Program-made: the position numbers and the translations under genes
Shown here: positions 15,739 through 25,997 of the stretch, one piece after another
Layout of the letters: each line of letters begins with the position of its first letter
Position numbering within the stretch: position 1 is the stretch's first letter
Source of the DNA: Candidatus Roizmanbacteria bacterium
Lineage (GTDB): Bacteria > Patescibacteriota > Microgenomatia > UBA1406 > GWC2-37-13
DNA length: 26,969 bases
NCBI GenBank assembly: GCA_013334845.1
Contig: JAAXWV010000001.1
Coordinates: 1 to 26,969 of the forward strand
Direction of reading: 5' to 3'
Notes under the pieces: generated by a model
What the model saw: only the letters and a program-made list of their open reading frames with translations
Database searches by the model: none
Told to the model about the DNA's origin: nothing

Positions 15739-15783
15739 GCCCTCAGTGCAACATATATTAGCGTAGTAAGGAGTCCATGCCCT

Positions 15784-16125
15784 ATGACGAAGCGAAATAT
15801 TAACCTAATTGTAATATTGTTTGTGGCGATCCTGTCACCAATAGTGCTATCTTCAGACGCCTTTGCGGTAAGTGCAAACGTCACTCAAGTCGAGAACTTC
15901 ATTCGAAGCGTCATCCAAGTCATTGCGGGTCTAGCCGGTCTAATAGCGACCGGATTTTTTGTTATTGGAGGCTTCGGATATATTACCAGCTCTGGAAATC
16001 CAGAGCATTTGGATCGCGCCAAAAGAACATTACTTTGGTCTGGAATAGGTCTGGCTATTGTTATAGCCGCATTCGTCATTAGTAATATTATCGTTGAAAT
16101 AGCGACAAATTCTTTCGGGAGTTAA
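15784..16125 (+). CDS. VirB2/TrbC-like pilin
   Basis: Signal-like N-terminus and two TM helices around GGFGYITSSGNPEHLDRAK; first gene of the operon. Confidence 0.75.
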   Translation: MTKRNINLIVILFVAILSPIVLSSDAFAVSANVTQVENFIRSVIQVIAGLAGLIATGFFVIGGFGYITSSGNPEHLDRAKRTLLWSGIGLAIVIAAFVISNIIVEIATNSFGS

Positions 16126-16134
16126 TTAAACAAT

Positions 16135-17676
16135 ATGATGAGCCATCTAACCATGAGTCTGCGTCTCATGGCAGACTCATCTAGTGCCATCACGGTGGTG
16201 CACAATTATGTTACGCCTACGATGCAGGCGTTAATCGCTATTGCCTCGATAGCCAGCGTGTTTTTCATTATGTATGGCGGCATACTATACATGACTAGTA
16301 GCGGTCGTCCAGAAAAGTTAGATCAAGCCAAGGTAGTGCTCAAGAATACTCTAATTGGCGTAGCATTAATAATCGGGGCCGGTGCTTTGACGGCTATTTT
16401 GAGCGGCGCCATGACACAAACAGTCTCTCCGAGTAATGCGGTGCTACCAAGCATCGAAGCGATTCAACCGTCAAGTTCGAGCAATGGTCTGATTGACATA
16501 CTAATCGGGGCAATTACTGGTCTTTTGAATAACATAATCCAAACCATAGCGGCGCCATTTATCGGAGCTCTCGATTTCTTTACAAAACAAACACCAAGCA
16601 TGGTGGATAATAGCGCCGTTTTTAACCTGTGGTTAGTAACGGTTGGTATAACCGATGCACTCTTTGTGGTTGTCATAGGACTGGTTGGTTTTCATGTTAT
16701 GAGTGCGTCTACGTTCGGTTTTGATGAAGTGGATATTAAACAACTATTACCAAGAATCGCTTTAATATTCCTACTCGTAAATACTTCGATCTTTGTAATC
16801 GACGCAATTATTGAGCTATCGAATGTTTTAATAGCGGCCATTCAACAAATTTCCGGTAGCAATACAGTCTGGCATACTTTAACTTCGGTTGTACAGGCGG
16901 CCGGTGGACAGAGTGTAGCGGCACTATTAGTCATGTTGGTATTTTTGGTGTTCTCGTTTATATTGCTTTTGTATTATGTCAGTCGTTTAGTGACGTTATA
17001 TATTGGAGCGGTTCTATCGCCACTGATATTTTTAATATGGTTGATCCCTGGATTTCGAGACTTCTCGGAAACAGCAATTAAAACCTACATAACGACAGTA
17101 TTTGTCATGTTTATACATGTCGTTATTTTATTGCTGGCATCGTCTTTATTCACCGGAATGGCGGCGGCTGGACTAGCTGGAGATGTGCCTAATGTTCTGA
17201 CTTCAATGATAGTCGGACTATCCACGGTAATTATTCTACTCAAAACCCAAGGTGTCATGATGCAATTTAGTTACGTTAGCCTAGGAGCTCGTTCAACTCG
17301 CCAACTGGGTACGCAATTCGTCAACGGCGTGAGTTTCTTGGCAGGACACGGCAAGTCTGCATACCGTTCTGCATCAGACAGTATCGCAAACAGCCGTTCA
17401 TCTTCATCATCGAGCTCAGGTAGCAGTAGAAGCTCGTCAGGATCTTCGGGCGGTAGTAAACAATCTAAATCAAAACCAAAGCCGATACAACAAGTTGGTT
17501 ATCGTCGACCAAGATCTGGTGGCGTTACGGTAACGAGAGTTCCGGCTAATAAAACCGGCACAACATACAAGGCGCCATCCCCCGGACTAACACCACGACA
17601 AACAGCCAAAGAACAAGTTATGAATTCTGTCAGTAAAAGCAAGACTAAGACGAAAGAAGGAGGTAAAAAGTCATGA
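16135..17676 (+). CDS. VirB6/TrbL-like polytopic membrane protein with an N-terminal pilin-like repeat and a Ser-rich basic tail
   Basis: Multiple TMs, YVSRLVTLYIGAVLSPLIFLIWLIP; position between the pilin and PrgI genes. Confidence 0.75.
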   Translation: MMSHLTMSLRLMADSSSAITVVHNYVTPTMQALIAIASIASVFFIMYGGILYMTSSGRPEKLDQAKVVLKNTLIGVALIIGAGALTAILSGAMTQTVSPSNAVLPSIEAIQPSSSSNGLIDILIGAITGLLNNIIQTIAAPFIGALDFFTKQTPSMVDNSAVFNLWLVTVGITDALFVVVIGLVGFHVMSASTFGFDEVDIKQLLPRIALIFLLVNTSIFVIDAIIELSNVLIAAIQQISGSNTVWHTLTSVVQAAGGQSVAALLVMLVFLVFSFILLLYYVSRLVTLYIGAVLSPLIFLIWLIPGFRDFSETAIKTYITTVFVMFIHVVILLLASSLFTGMAAAGLAGDVPNVLTSMIVGLSTVIILLKTQGVMMQFSYVSLGARSTRQLGTQFVNGVSFLAGHGKSAYRSASDSIANSRSSSSSSSGSSRSSSGSSGGSKQSKSKPKPIQQVGYRRPRSGGVTVTRVPANKTGTTYKAPSPGLTPRQTAKEQVMNSVSKSKTKTKEGGKKS

Positions 17677-18182
17677 AAGCTACAATAGTGCCGGCTGAGG
17701 TCACATCGGTAGAAGATAAAATAACCGCTAATCTTAGTATGTCGCAATTAATACTATTTGCCATGCCTATGTTTATCGGGGCATTAATGTATTGGATATT
17801 GCCCCCTAGCATGGATTTTAGTCCATATAAGTTAGTTGTTATCGGACTGATTGCGGTGACTAGTTTTATCTTGGCTATAAGAATTAACGGAAAGATTGTC
17901 TTGTTATGGCTGATCACGATATCTAGGTATAATCGGCGACCAAAGTTCTACTTGTTTGACAAACGATCAATCTATGCGCGCGAAGATTATCCAGAGGTTA
18001 AGCAAGAAGCGAGGCAGAAAGTTACTACGACGAAACAGACTGGTCTTAGCTCATTGCCAAAGCTTAGTATCAAGGAGTCAGATTTCGTTTACTCTGCTCT
18101 GAATAATCCGATTAAAAGATTAAATTTTGAAACCAACAAGAAGGGAGAATTAAATGTTCGCATTACGGAAGTCCAAGGCTAG
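17673..18182 (+). CDS. prgI: PrgI-family (VirB3-like) membrane protein
   Basis: VP..V..EDKI...LS..QL start and two TMs; ATGA coupling to the previous gene. Confidence 0.75.
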   Translation: MKATIVPAEVTSVEDKITANLSMSQLILFAMPMFIGALMYWILPPSMDFSPYKLVVIGLIAVTSFILAIRINGKIVLLWLITISRYNRRPKFYLFDKRSIYAREDYPEVKQEARQKVTTTKQTGLSSLPKLSIKESDFVYSALNNPIKRLNFETNKKGELNVRITEVQG

Positions 18183-18795
18183 ATCCAGTAGTCGCAGTCA
18201 GATTGGCATCAAGGGTATTAATGATGGTATTTTGATTTTACCGAATAACAGTTATCGAGCAGTCTTGGAGGTGTCATCGGTCAATTTTGAGCTGAAAAGC
18301 GAAGACGAGCAGGACGCAATTATCGAGACCTATGAAAGCTTTTTAAATTCGGTCGGTACTTCTTTGCAGATATTAATCAGAACTCGTGAAATCGACATGG
18401 ATAAATACCTGAGCGACCTGAAAGAGCGTCTGGAAAGCGAAGCTGAACCGGTCTATATGGAACAGCTTAAAAATTACGAGGAGTTTATCAAATCGCTGAT
18501 TTTATCGAATAAGATACTAACTCGTAGGTTTTACGTAATAGTGCCGTATAGCAATGTCGGCAAGCTGGATTTTGAATTGATTAAAGAACAGCTAGGATTA
18601 ACGGTTGACGTTGTAGCTAAAGGTATGAACAGGCTTGGTATGCAAGTCAGGCAATTATCTAGTATCGAAGCGCTTGATTTGTTTTATAGCTTCTATAATC
18701 CGCAACAAGCCAAAATACAACCACTGACAGAAAAAGCGATTCACATGATTTATACTGCCCTGATCCAAAAAGAAGAGAAAGGAGCGAAATTATGA
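18154..18795 (+). CDS. VirB4-associated protein resembling the N-terminal non-ATPase part of TraC/VirB4
   Basis: YRAVLEVSSVNFELKSEDEQDAI...FLNS...QILIRTR; overlaps both neighbours. Confidence 0.6.
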   Translation: MFALRKSKARSSSRSQIGIKGINDGILILPNNSYRAVLEVSSVNFELKSEDEQDAIIETYESFLNSVGTSLQILIRTREIDMDKYLSDLKERLESEAEPVYMEQLKNYEEFIKSLILSNKILTRRFYVIVPYSNVGKLDFELIKEQLGLTVDVVAKGMNRLGMQVRQLSSIEALDLFYSFYNPQQAKIQPLTEKAIHMIYTALIQKEEKGAKL

Positions 18796-20513
18796 AACTG
18801 GCGTTAAAACGCAAGTCTAAAAAGAATAAAGCTGATGAATTAAACTTGGCTTTTGGCGAGCAAGACGCGCTTGATTTAATGTCATATGCCGGTCTAGAAG
18901 AAAATATCGACCATTTAAATATTGACGGCATATATATGCGGACACTATTCATATCCGGCTACCCGTTTGTGGCTTCAAGTGGTTGGTTGGACAGCCTAAT
19001 TAACTTCAACCACGATGCGGATATTAGCTACCATTTACATGAAGTTAACGCACTTAGCGCTTTGCCTAAATTACATCGTAAAATTACAGAGCTCGAGTCA
19101 ACTAAACGCGCCATGATTAGGGCTGGCAAGATTATTGGATCAGAAATTACCGATCCGTTAGATTCGGCTATCGAACTTCGAGATAAGATTCAACGTGGTC
19201 AAGAAAAGTTGTTCCAGATTTCGATATATGTTTGCGTAAGGGCCGAGAGTTTAGAAGAACTAAATAAAACTACAAAATTACTTGAGACTACTCTTTCATC
19301 TAGGTTGTTTTACAGTAAAACTGCTCGTTACCAACAGCTAGAAGCTTTGCAATCGATTTTACCAAGAGCCGAAGATAAACTGAACCAAAAACGTAATTTA
19401 GATAGTAGTTCGGCGGCACTCACATTCCCATTCATGTCATCCGAACTGGTGCAAGAAACTGGTATTTTGTATGGGGTCAATAAATCCAACAACTCACTGG
19501 TCATCTTAGATAGATTCAGCCTGCATAATGCCAACAGCATCGTATTCGCTCAATCCGGTAGCGGCAAAAGTTACGCCACTAAGGTTGAAATATTAAGACA
19601 GTTAATGCAAGGTACGAAAGTTATCGTAATTGATCCAGAGCGTGAGTATAAGCGTCTGGCTGATTCGGTCAATGGCACGTATATAAAAATATCTTCAACT
19701 AGCAAACAAAAGATAAATCCGTTCGATCTTACGACTACATTTAGAAAAATTAATGACCTTTCCGAGCATGTTCAAGATCTGACGGAAGTCATTGGGTTGA
19801 TGTCTGAGGGTTTATCATCGAGAGAGAAAGCAGCCGTAGATAAAGCTATTCTAAAAATATATAAGAAAGCAAAAGATACGCAACCATTATTAGAGGACTT
19901 ATATAGTGAATTGCAAAAACTCGGACAGCTCAAGCTATGTGAACGACTTGAAAAGTATATCTCAGGATCACTGGCCGAGGTGTTTAATTCCCAGACTAAT
20001 ATCAATTTAGAGAATCGCTTGGTTATTTTTGATATCAAAGACCTGCCGGAATCGTTAAGGCAAATCATGATGTTAATAGTCTCCAATTTCGTACAGAACC
20101 AGGTTAAGGCACGGCCAGAGAGACGACTACTGGTTATCGATGAAGGTTGGATGTTGCTCGAACATGAAGAAAGCGCCAGATTCGTATCGGGTCTAGTACG
20201 TCGAGCCAGAAAGTATTATTTAGGAGTGTCGATAATCACCCAGCAAGCGAATGACTTTTTACATAATGACTATGGCCGGGCTATTGCCTCGCAAAGCGCT
20301 CTACGAATATTAATGAAACAAGATACTACTACCATTAAGAACGTGGCTAGTGAGTTTAATCTTAGTGAATACGAAGAAAGTTTTCTGCTGACATGCGAGC
20401 GTGGTGATGCATTAATTATTGCCGATCAGAACCACGTTGCGGTTAAGATTGTTGCTTCCGACAAAGAACACCCGTTAATAACAACTAATCCGGCTGAGTT
20501 ATATCATCTATGA
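18792..20513 (+). CDS. virB4: VirB4-like conjugation ATPase
   Basis: Walker A AQSGSGKS, VIDPEREY, Walker B LLVIDEGW, RRARKY...ITQ. Confidence 0.9.
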   Translation: MKLALKRKSKKNKADELNLAFGEQDALDLMSYAGLEENIDHLNIDGIYMRTLFISGYPFVASSGWLDSLINFNHDADISYHLHEVNALSALPKLHRKITELESTKRAMIRAGKIIGSEITDPLDSAIELRDKIQRGQEKLFQISIYVCVRAESLEELNKTTKLLETTLSSRLFYSKTARYQQLEALQSILPRAEDKLNQKRNLDSSSAALTFPFMSSELVQETGILYGVNKSNNSLVILDRFSLHNANSIVFAQSGSGKSYATKVEILRQLMQGTKVIVIDPEREYKRLADSVNGTYIKISSTSKQKINPFDLTTTFRKINDLSEHVQDLTEVIGLMSEGLSSREKAAVDKAILKIYKKAKDTQPLLEDLYSELQKLGQLKLCERLEKYISGSLAEVFNSQTNINLENRLVIFDIKDLPESLRQIMMLIVSNFVQNQVKARPERRLLVIDEGWMLLEHEESARFVSGLVRRARKYYLGVSIITQQANDFLHNDYGRAIASQSALRILMKQDTTTIKNVASEFNLSEYEESFLLTCERGDALIIADQNHVAVKIVASDKEHPLITTNPAELYHL

Positions 20514-21061
20514 GCCCAGTCCTCGTTATAAGTATGCTAAACGGCAATATCAGGAAGTATGCTATCGCGGCGGCCTTAACTGTCACGTTCGTCCTTATGA
20601 TGCCGCTACTAGCGATATTATCTTTAGGCGAGGACGCAATGAGCTTTTTGGCCGGCAGTGCGAGTGCTCAGTCGGCCGAAGAACAAGGTTTTTATATGGG
20701 TGCGGCAGTTCCAGGTGATACCTATGCTTGGGGTAATTGCACTTATTGGACATTTGCTATGAGGTTATGGGCAGATAAACCGATCCCAACTACTTGGGGT
20801 AATGCCAATACTTGGGATGAAAATGCCGTTTTAGATGGTTATGTAGTTGATCATGTGCCAGCCGTAGCAACTATTATGCAGACGGATGACGGTGATCTTG
20901 GCCATGTGGCTTTCGTAACGACAATCAATGCCGAGACCGGACAGTGGACGATATCCGAAATGAATGCACCGAGGTTCAATGTAGTTAGTACTAGAACTTT
21001 CGATAAGTCATCAGCTATATACTACGATTTTATTCACGACAAGATGGAGCCAACTCCATGA
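20510..21061 (+). CDS. CHAP-domain peptidoglycan hydrolase with an N-terminal membrane anchor
   Basis: YAWGNCTYW (catalytic Cys), WGNANTW, GHVAFV (catalytic His), ISEMN. Confidence 0.88.
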   Translation: MSPVLVISMLNGNIRKYAIAAALTVTFVLMMPLLAILSLGEDAMSFLAGSASAQSAEEQGFYMGAAVPGDTYAWGNCTYWTFAMRLWADKPIPTTWGNANTWDENAVLDGYVVDHVPAVATIMQTDDGDLGHVAFVTTINAETGQWTISEMNAPRFNVVSTRTFDKSSAIYYDFIHDKMEPTP

Positions 21062-23553
21062 TAATCGAGGCATTTAATCGCAAGCATCTGAAACAACGCC
21101 AAATGATCTGGTTGGAGGTAACGCCGCCATCATCAATTGCAAAAACCCCGGAGTCCACCGAACAACTTTTCTCTGTCATACACGGGATGCATTCTACTCG
21201 TCGATTGAAAGACAAACTTTTATCACGATCGCCAGTAATGAGCTTTGAAATTGTATCAACCAAGAAAGATGGAATCCGATATTTGATTCAAGTAGAAAAG
21301 CCCAGCTCAGAAACGATTCAAAAAGCCATCACAGCGTACATACCAGACGCTAAAGTTAAAGAAATTAACCAACTAACTCACACCTGTTCTCATATCGTAG
21401 ATTTTAAAGCAACCGGACATTTTGTTTTGCCGCTAACCCTTGCGTCCGCGTTTGATCAACACGATCCATTGTCTTATGTAACTGGTGCTATGACAAAACT
21501 AGATGAAGCTGAGCAAATAAGCCTGCAAATTGTGTTATCGCCTATAAAATTGCGCGAAGCTAGTAAGCTGGCTCGAAAAATACTAAGTAATGAGGATATA
21601 CTATCTAAAGTCAGCGCTGGAAAGTTTGTGTGGTTGCAACAAGCAAGCAACGTATTAAATAAAATAGCCTTTGGCCTAACTGATTTAACAGGCGAAGTAT
21701 ATAACAATTCATCATCTAGCTCGTACACTATCCACACAGATAAACAAGATATTTCATTCAAATCTCAAGTTGCAAAACGCGAGCGACCAGCGAGAACACT
21801 GAGTAGCTTTGAGCAAGAATTAATGCAATCAATGCACCAAAAAGTAACTCAGCCACTATTTAAAGTTAGCCTGAGGGTATTAACTAGCGGAACAAATGCC
21901 AAAGAGCATGCACGGGCTATCAGGAATGCCCTAAATGGATACAGCGTACCGCTTTATCAATCACTAAAAGCAAAAACTAATCTGTCATATCTTCGTAATC
22001 ATAGACGCAAGTTAGCAAATTCAAGATTACCGGCATTATATTGCCATAGTTCTATGATATTGTCGGCTGCAGAAGTTGCCGGACTATATCATTTCCCGTC
22101 AAGCCGAATTAGCCGAACCGATAATCTGATTACATCGCTAAGCAGAACTCTACCGGCGCCGACATCACTTAAAAATAATCCAAAATTAGACGTAATTATT
22201 GGTGAAAACGTACACCACGGTGTAGTAACTCCAATTGGGTTAACCGAACAAGAGCGCCAAAAACACTTATACGTTATTGGCGGGACTGGTAATGGTAAAA
22301 CTACTACCCTGCAGTATCAAATAGTACAAGATATACAATCGGGTAAAGGCTTGGCGGTTATTGATCCGCACGGTGACATGGCAGAGACACTACTGGGTTA
22401 TGTACCAAAGAATCGTATTATAGATGTTATATATTTCAACCCCGATGATCTTGAATATCCAATAGGATTAAACCTACTAGAACTAACAGACGAATTAAGT
22501 GGTAACGAGTTACTTCGCGAAAAAGACATAATCACAGAGTCAGTCATATCTATATTTAGGAAGATATTTTCGGATGAAGATAGCGGCGGACACCGTATCG
22601 AATACATACTGCGAAATACTATTCAAACAGCACTAACCATAAAAGACGCCACATTATTCACAGTGTTTGATTTACTAAACGACGGAAAATATCGCAAGAC
22701 AATCATAAAAAGCTTAACAGACAAAAATCTAATCAACTTCTGGAATAATGAGATTGGTAAGGCTGGTGACATGCAGAAAGTAAAAATGGTCGCTGGTATC
22801 ACAGCCAAGATCGGACGTTTCTTGTTTTCAGCATCAGCAAAACAAATCCTTGAACAGCCAAAATCCACAATCGATTTTGACGATATAATTAACAGTGGCA
22901 AAATCCTCATTTGCAACTTTTCTAAAGGTTTAATTGGCGAAGATACGTCAGAACTATTTGGAATAAAAGTGCTAGCAAAACTACAGCTTGCTAGCTTACG
23001 TCGAGCTCGCATTAAACAAAGTGAGCGTCGAACATTTTATATTTATGTTGATGAGTTTCAAAACTTCGCTACGACATCATTCGTGCAAATGCTCTCGGAA
23101 GCCAGAAAGTACCGAATATATATGGTCATGGCCGAACAGTCTACCTCACAGCAAGATGATCAACAAATGGTAAACATTATTCTTGCTAACGTTGGTACGG
23201 TATTATGTTTCAGAACCGGCAATCCTCGCGATGAACAGATATTACTACCACTTTTTAGCCCTTACATCGGTCCAGGCGAGATAAGTAATCTACCAGCCTA
23301 TTGCTTTTATGCGAAACTATCTGCTGTACAACCTCAAGAGCCATTATCGGGACAAACATTACTGCTTGAAAATGATGGCGATGACAAAATTGCCGAAAAG
23401 GTTATGATAGCTTCTAGGTTGTATTATGCTATGAAACAAAAGCCTTCAGAAACCAATAAATCGAAAAAGACACCTAATACCAACAAAGATAATCAACAAA
23501 CAGCAACGTCAGCTACCACAAGCTCTGGTGAGGCGATGATCGATGAGACCTAA
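21058..23553 (+). CDS. virD4: VirD4/TraD-like type IV coupling protein
   Basis: Walker A GGTGNGKT, VIDPHGD, Walker B YVDEFQNF, SEARKY, ANVGT..CFR. Confidence 0.88.
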   Translation: MIIEAFNRKHLKQRQMIWLEVTPPSSIAKTPESTEQLFSVIHGMHSTRRLKDKLLSRSPVMSFEIVSTKKDGIRYLIQVEKPSSETIQKAITAYIPDAKVKEINQLTHTCSHIVDFKATGHFVLPLTLASAFDQHDPLSYVTGAMTKLDEAEQISLQIVLSPIKLREASKLARKILSNEDILSKVSAGKFVWLQQASNVLNKIAFGLTDLTGEVYNNSSSSSYTIHTDKQDISFKSQVAKRERPARTLSSFEQELMQSMHQKVTQPLFKVSLRVLTSGTNAKEHARAIRNALNGYSVPLYQSLKAKTNLSYLRNHRRKLANSRLPALYCHSSMILSAAEVAGLYHFPSSRISRTDNLITSLSRTLPAPTSLKNNPKLDVIIGENVHHGVVTPIGLTEQERQKHLYVIGGTGNGKTTTLQYQIVQDIQSGKGLAVIDPHGDMAETLLGYVPKNRIIDVIYFNPDDLEYPIGLNLLELTDELSGNELLREKDIITESVISIFRKIFSDEDSGGHRIEYILRNTIQTALTIKDATLFTVFDLLNDGKYRKTIIKSLTDKNLINFWNNEIGKAGDMQKVKMVAGITAKIGRFLFSASAKQILEQPKSTIDFDDIINSGKILICNFSKGLIGEDTSELFGIKVLAKLQLASLRRARIKQSERRTFYIYVDEFQNFATTSFVQMLSEARKYRIYMVMAEQSTSQQDDQQMVNIILANVGTVLCFRTGNPRDEQILLPLFSPYIGPGEISNLPAYCFYAKLSAVQPQEPLSGQTLLLENDGDDKIAEKVMIASRLYYAMKQKPSETNKSKKTPNTNKDNQQTATSATTSSGEAMIDET

Positions 23554-23559
23554 TATTTA

Positions 23560-23585
23560 TATAAGATATTCATGACTATCTTATA
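23560..23585. other. 9-bp AT-rich inverted repeat after the conjugation operon
   Basis: TATAAGATA-ttcatgac-TATCTTATA; no U-tract. Confidence 0.4.
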
Positions 23586-23661
23586 CAGATAGAATAATAA
23601 CTAACTGTAAGTTGTGCGCTTAGAGGTAGTATAATAGAAGTCGAGATGGAAGTTTACAATA

Positions 23662-25689
23662 ATGAAGAAGATTGATCTTCATATACACACTGTGGCTACT
23701 ATTTTTGATGCCGACTTCATTTTTGATATGGCAAAGTTGTCTGAATATGTAAGCGTGATGGGATTAGACGGAATTGCCATAACAAATCATAACATGTTTG
23801 ATAGGTCTCAGTTCGACTCAATATCAAATACCTTAGATATCACGGTACTGCCAGGAATTGAGGTTAGTCTCGGATCGGGTCCAGGCCATATGTTATTGAT
23901 ATCTGATCGTACAAATCTAGATGATTTTACTGCAAAGTGTGCAAAAATATCAGACCAAATAAAGACCGGTAATGATGCTATAGATATTGCACAATTAACA
24001 AGGATATTTGGTGACTTATCAAAATATTTATTGATACCACATTATGATAAAAAGCCCCCTTTAGATCAAATTAGCTTGGATGCACTGGGGACGAATTTTA
24101 TAGTCGGAGAGGTATCTAGCGCAAAAAAATTTATTTATGCGCTTAAAAACAATGAACTTCCAACTCCGTTATTGATGAGTGATGGGCGCGCAAAATCCGA
24201 TTGGGAGTTTAAAACTCGTCAGACATATATAGATATCGGGACCATCGACATCAGATCTATAAAAATAGCTCTCGCCGATAAAACAAAACTATCTCTTTCA
24301 GATAAGGACGGGAGTGAGCTAATTCAAGTCACGCCTAGCGGTATTACAATATCCAGCGGATTAACAGTAATTTTGGGAGGAAGGTCGTCTGGGAAGTCCT
24401 ACACTCTTGATGAAATCAGCAAATATAATGACCATGTAAAATACATCAAACAATTTGACCTTATTGAAATAGATCCAGAAAAAGAGGCTCAAGCCTTTAA
24501 TGATCGCGTCGGCAAGCGACAACGACAATATGGAGACAGTTATCTTGAGAAATTTAAGGACGTTGTCAATGATGTAAGAAATATATCTATTGATAAAGAC
24601 GAGCGTAGAGTAAATGAATACCTCGAATCGTTGATGAAATATGCCGCCGATACCGAGAGACAAGATGCGTTTTCTAAAGCAATAATCTTCTCAGAGTCGG
24701 AGTTGCATATTGATTATGGTGAAAAATTAGAGAAGATAATTGAAGCCACAAAAACCTTACTAAACCCCGGAAAATATTCAGATATCTTAGAGCCACATTT
24801 AAATCGCGACGACTTAATTGGTTTATTGCACGATTTGATTATTCGGTATAGAAGCGAGGCTACAATCATAAAAAAACAAGAGATAGCTAATGATCTAGTA
24901 GCATCTATTAAACACCGTTTAGGAGCCATGTCGGCAATTTCACCAATAAAAGATGTTGATCTGCTTGAGATTGCACGCAATAAGGCTAAAATAGTGAAGT
25001 TTTCTTCCATTGTTAAGGAAATCCAAAAACCTAGAACCATAACCACAAATGTGGTAGGAAAATTCAAAATAGAGCAAAGAAGTATACCAATAAAAGGGGC
25101 CCAAGACCTAAAAGACATTAGCGGTAAAAAATTGGGTTTTTCTGACGCATTTCCTCATTACAACAACCCTTACGGTTTTCTGGAGGCACTCAAATCGATA
25201 GATGGTGTCGATCCCGAGACTTACTATAAATATTATACAAAAATCGAATACAACATACTTAATCAGTATGGAGTGCCAGTTTCGGGCGGTGAACGTGCAG
25301 AATTTAGGCTAATTAATGAAATAGGTACCGCAACTAGCTTTGATATGCTGTTAATTGATGAGCCAGAGTCATCATTTGATAACATTTTTTTGTCATCAGA
25401 TGTCAATGAGACTATTAAAAATATAGCTAAAAATACTCCTGTTGTAATCGTGACACACAATAACACAGTTGGCGCATCGATAAAGCCAAATTACTTAATT
25501 TATACAGAACGTAATATAGTAGAAGGAAGCCCGATATATAAACTCTACTCAGGTAGGGCCACTGACAGGTCATTAGTCAGTGATAGCGGTGATACTATAA
25601 GCAATAGTGAGGTTACTCTAAAATACCTAGAAGCTGGTAAAAATATATACAACGAAAGAGGTCAAATATATGCAATGCTTGAAAATTAA
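23662..25689 (+). CDS. PHP phosphoesterase fused to an ABC/SMC-type ATPase (Ppl/TrlF-like putative defence protein)
   Basis: IDLHIHT, AITNHN, PGIEV, LIPH; Walker A GGRSSGKS, signature SGGER, Walker B LLIDEPE, H-loop VTHN; central coiled coil. Confidence 0.82.
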   Translation: MKKIDLHIHTVATIFDADFIFDMAKLSEYVSVMGLDGIAITNHNMFDRSQFDSISNTLDITVLPGIEVSLGSGPGHMLLISDRTNLDDFTAKCAKISDQIKTGNDAIDIAQLTRIFGDLSKYLLIPHYDKKPPLDQISLDALGTNFIVGEVSSAKKFIYALKNNELPTPLLMSDGRAKSDWEFKTRQTYIDIGTIDIRSIKIALADKTKLSLSDKDGSELIQVTPSGITISSGLTVILGGRSSGKSYTLDEISKYNDHVKYIKQFDLIEIDPEKEAQAFNDRVGKRQRQYGDSYLEKFKDVVNDVRNISIDKDERRVNEYLESLMKYAADTERQDAFSKAIIFSESELHIDYGEKLEKIIEATKTLLNPGKYSDILEPHLNRDDLIGLLHDLIIRYRSEATIIKKQEIANDLVASIKHRLGAMSAISPIKDVDLLEIARNKAKIVKFSSIVKEIQKPRTITTNVVGKFKIEQRSIPIKGAQDLKDISGKKLGFSDAFPHYNNPYGFLEALKSIDGVDPETYYKYYTKIEYNILNQYGVPVSGGERAEFRLINEIGTATSFDMLLIDEPESSFDNIFLSSDVNETIKNIAKNTPVVIVTHNNTVGASIKPNYLIYTERNIVEGSPIYKLYSGRATDRSLVSDSGDTISNSEVTLKYLEAGKNIYNERGQIYAMLEN

Positions 25690-25981
25690 TGATAGCAAGG
25701 GGCAATTCTCTGTAGATGGAACGTCTTTTAAGCCCGTGGACGAGATGAAAAAGGAAGATATTTTATCAATTATTGATACTATTTTAGACCCTAATCAGGA
25801 AGTTGAGATGGACGAGTACGACGCCAATCTCATTTTAAACCCAGCACAAAAAATCATTTATGACGGATTATACACAAAGTTCATAGAACTACAAAACAAC
25901 AAAGCTCAATTTAATAGTGAAATTAATGAGCTATATGATGATGAACTTGAATCCTACAAACAAGAGGGGTCTGAAGAATAA
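25670..25981 (+). CDS. 103-aa acidic protein coupled to the PHP-ATPase
   Basis: 20-nt overlap with the upstream gene; same strand. Confidence 0.7.
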   Translation: MQCLKINDSKGQFSVDGTSFKPVDEMKKEDILSIIDTILDPNQEVEMDEYDANLILNPAQKIIYDGLYTKFIELQNNKAQFNSEINELYDDELESYKQEGSEE

Positions 25982-25997
25982 TATTCTGGATTAATTA

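Noticed and set aside
17390-17470. Ser/Gly-rich repeat-like DNA in the VirB6-like gene
   Set aside because: It encodes a low-complexity disordered tail with varied codons and is not a tandem DNA repeat.
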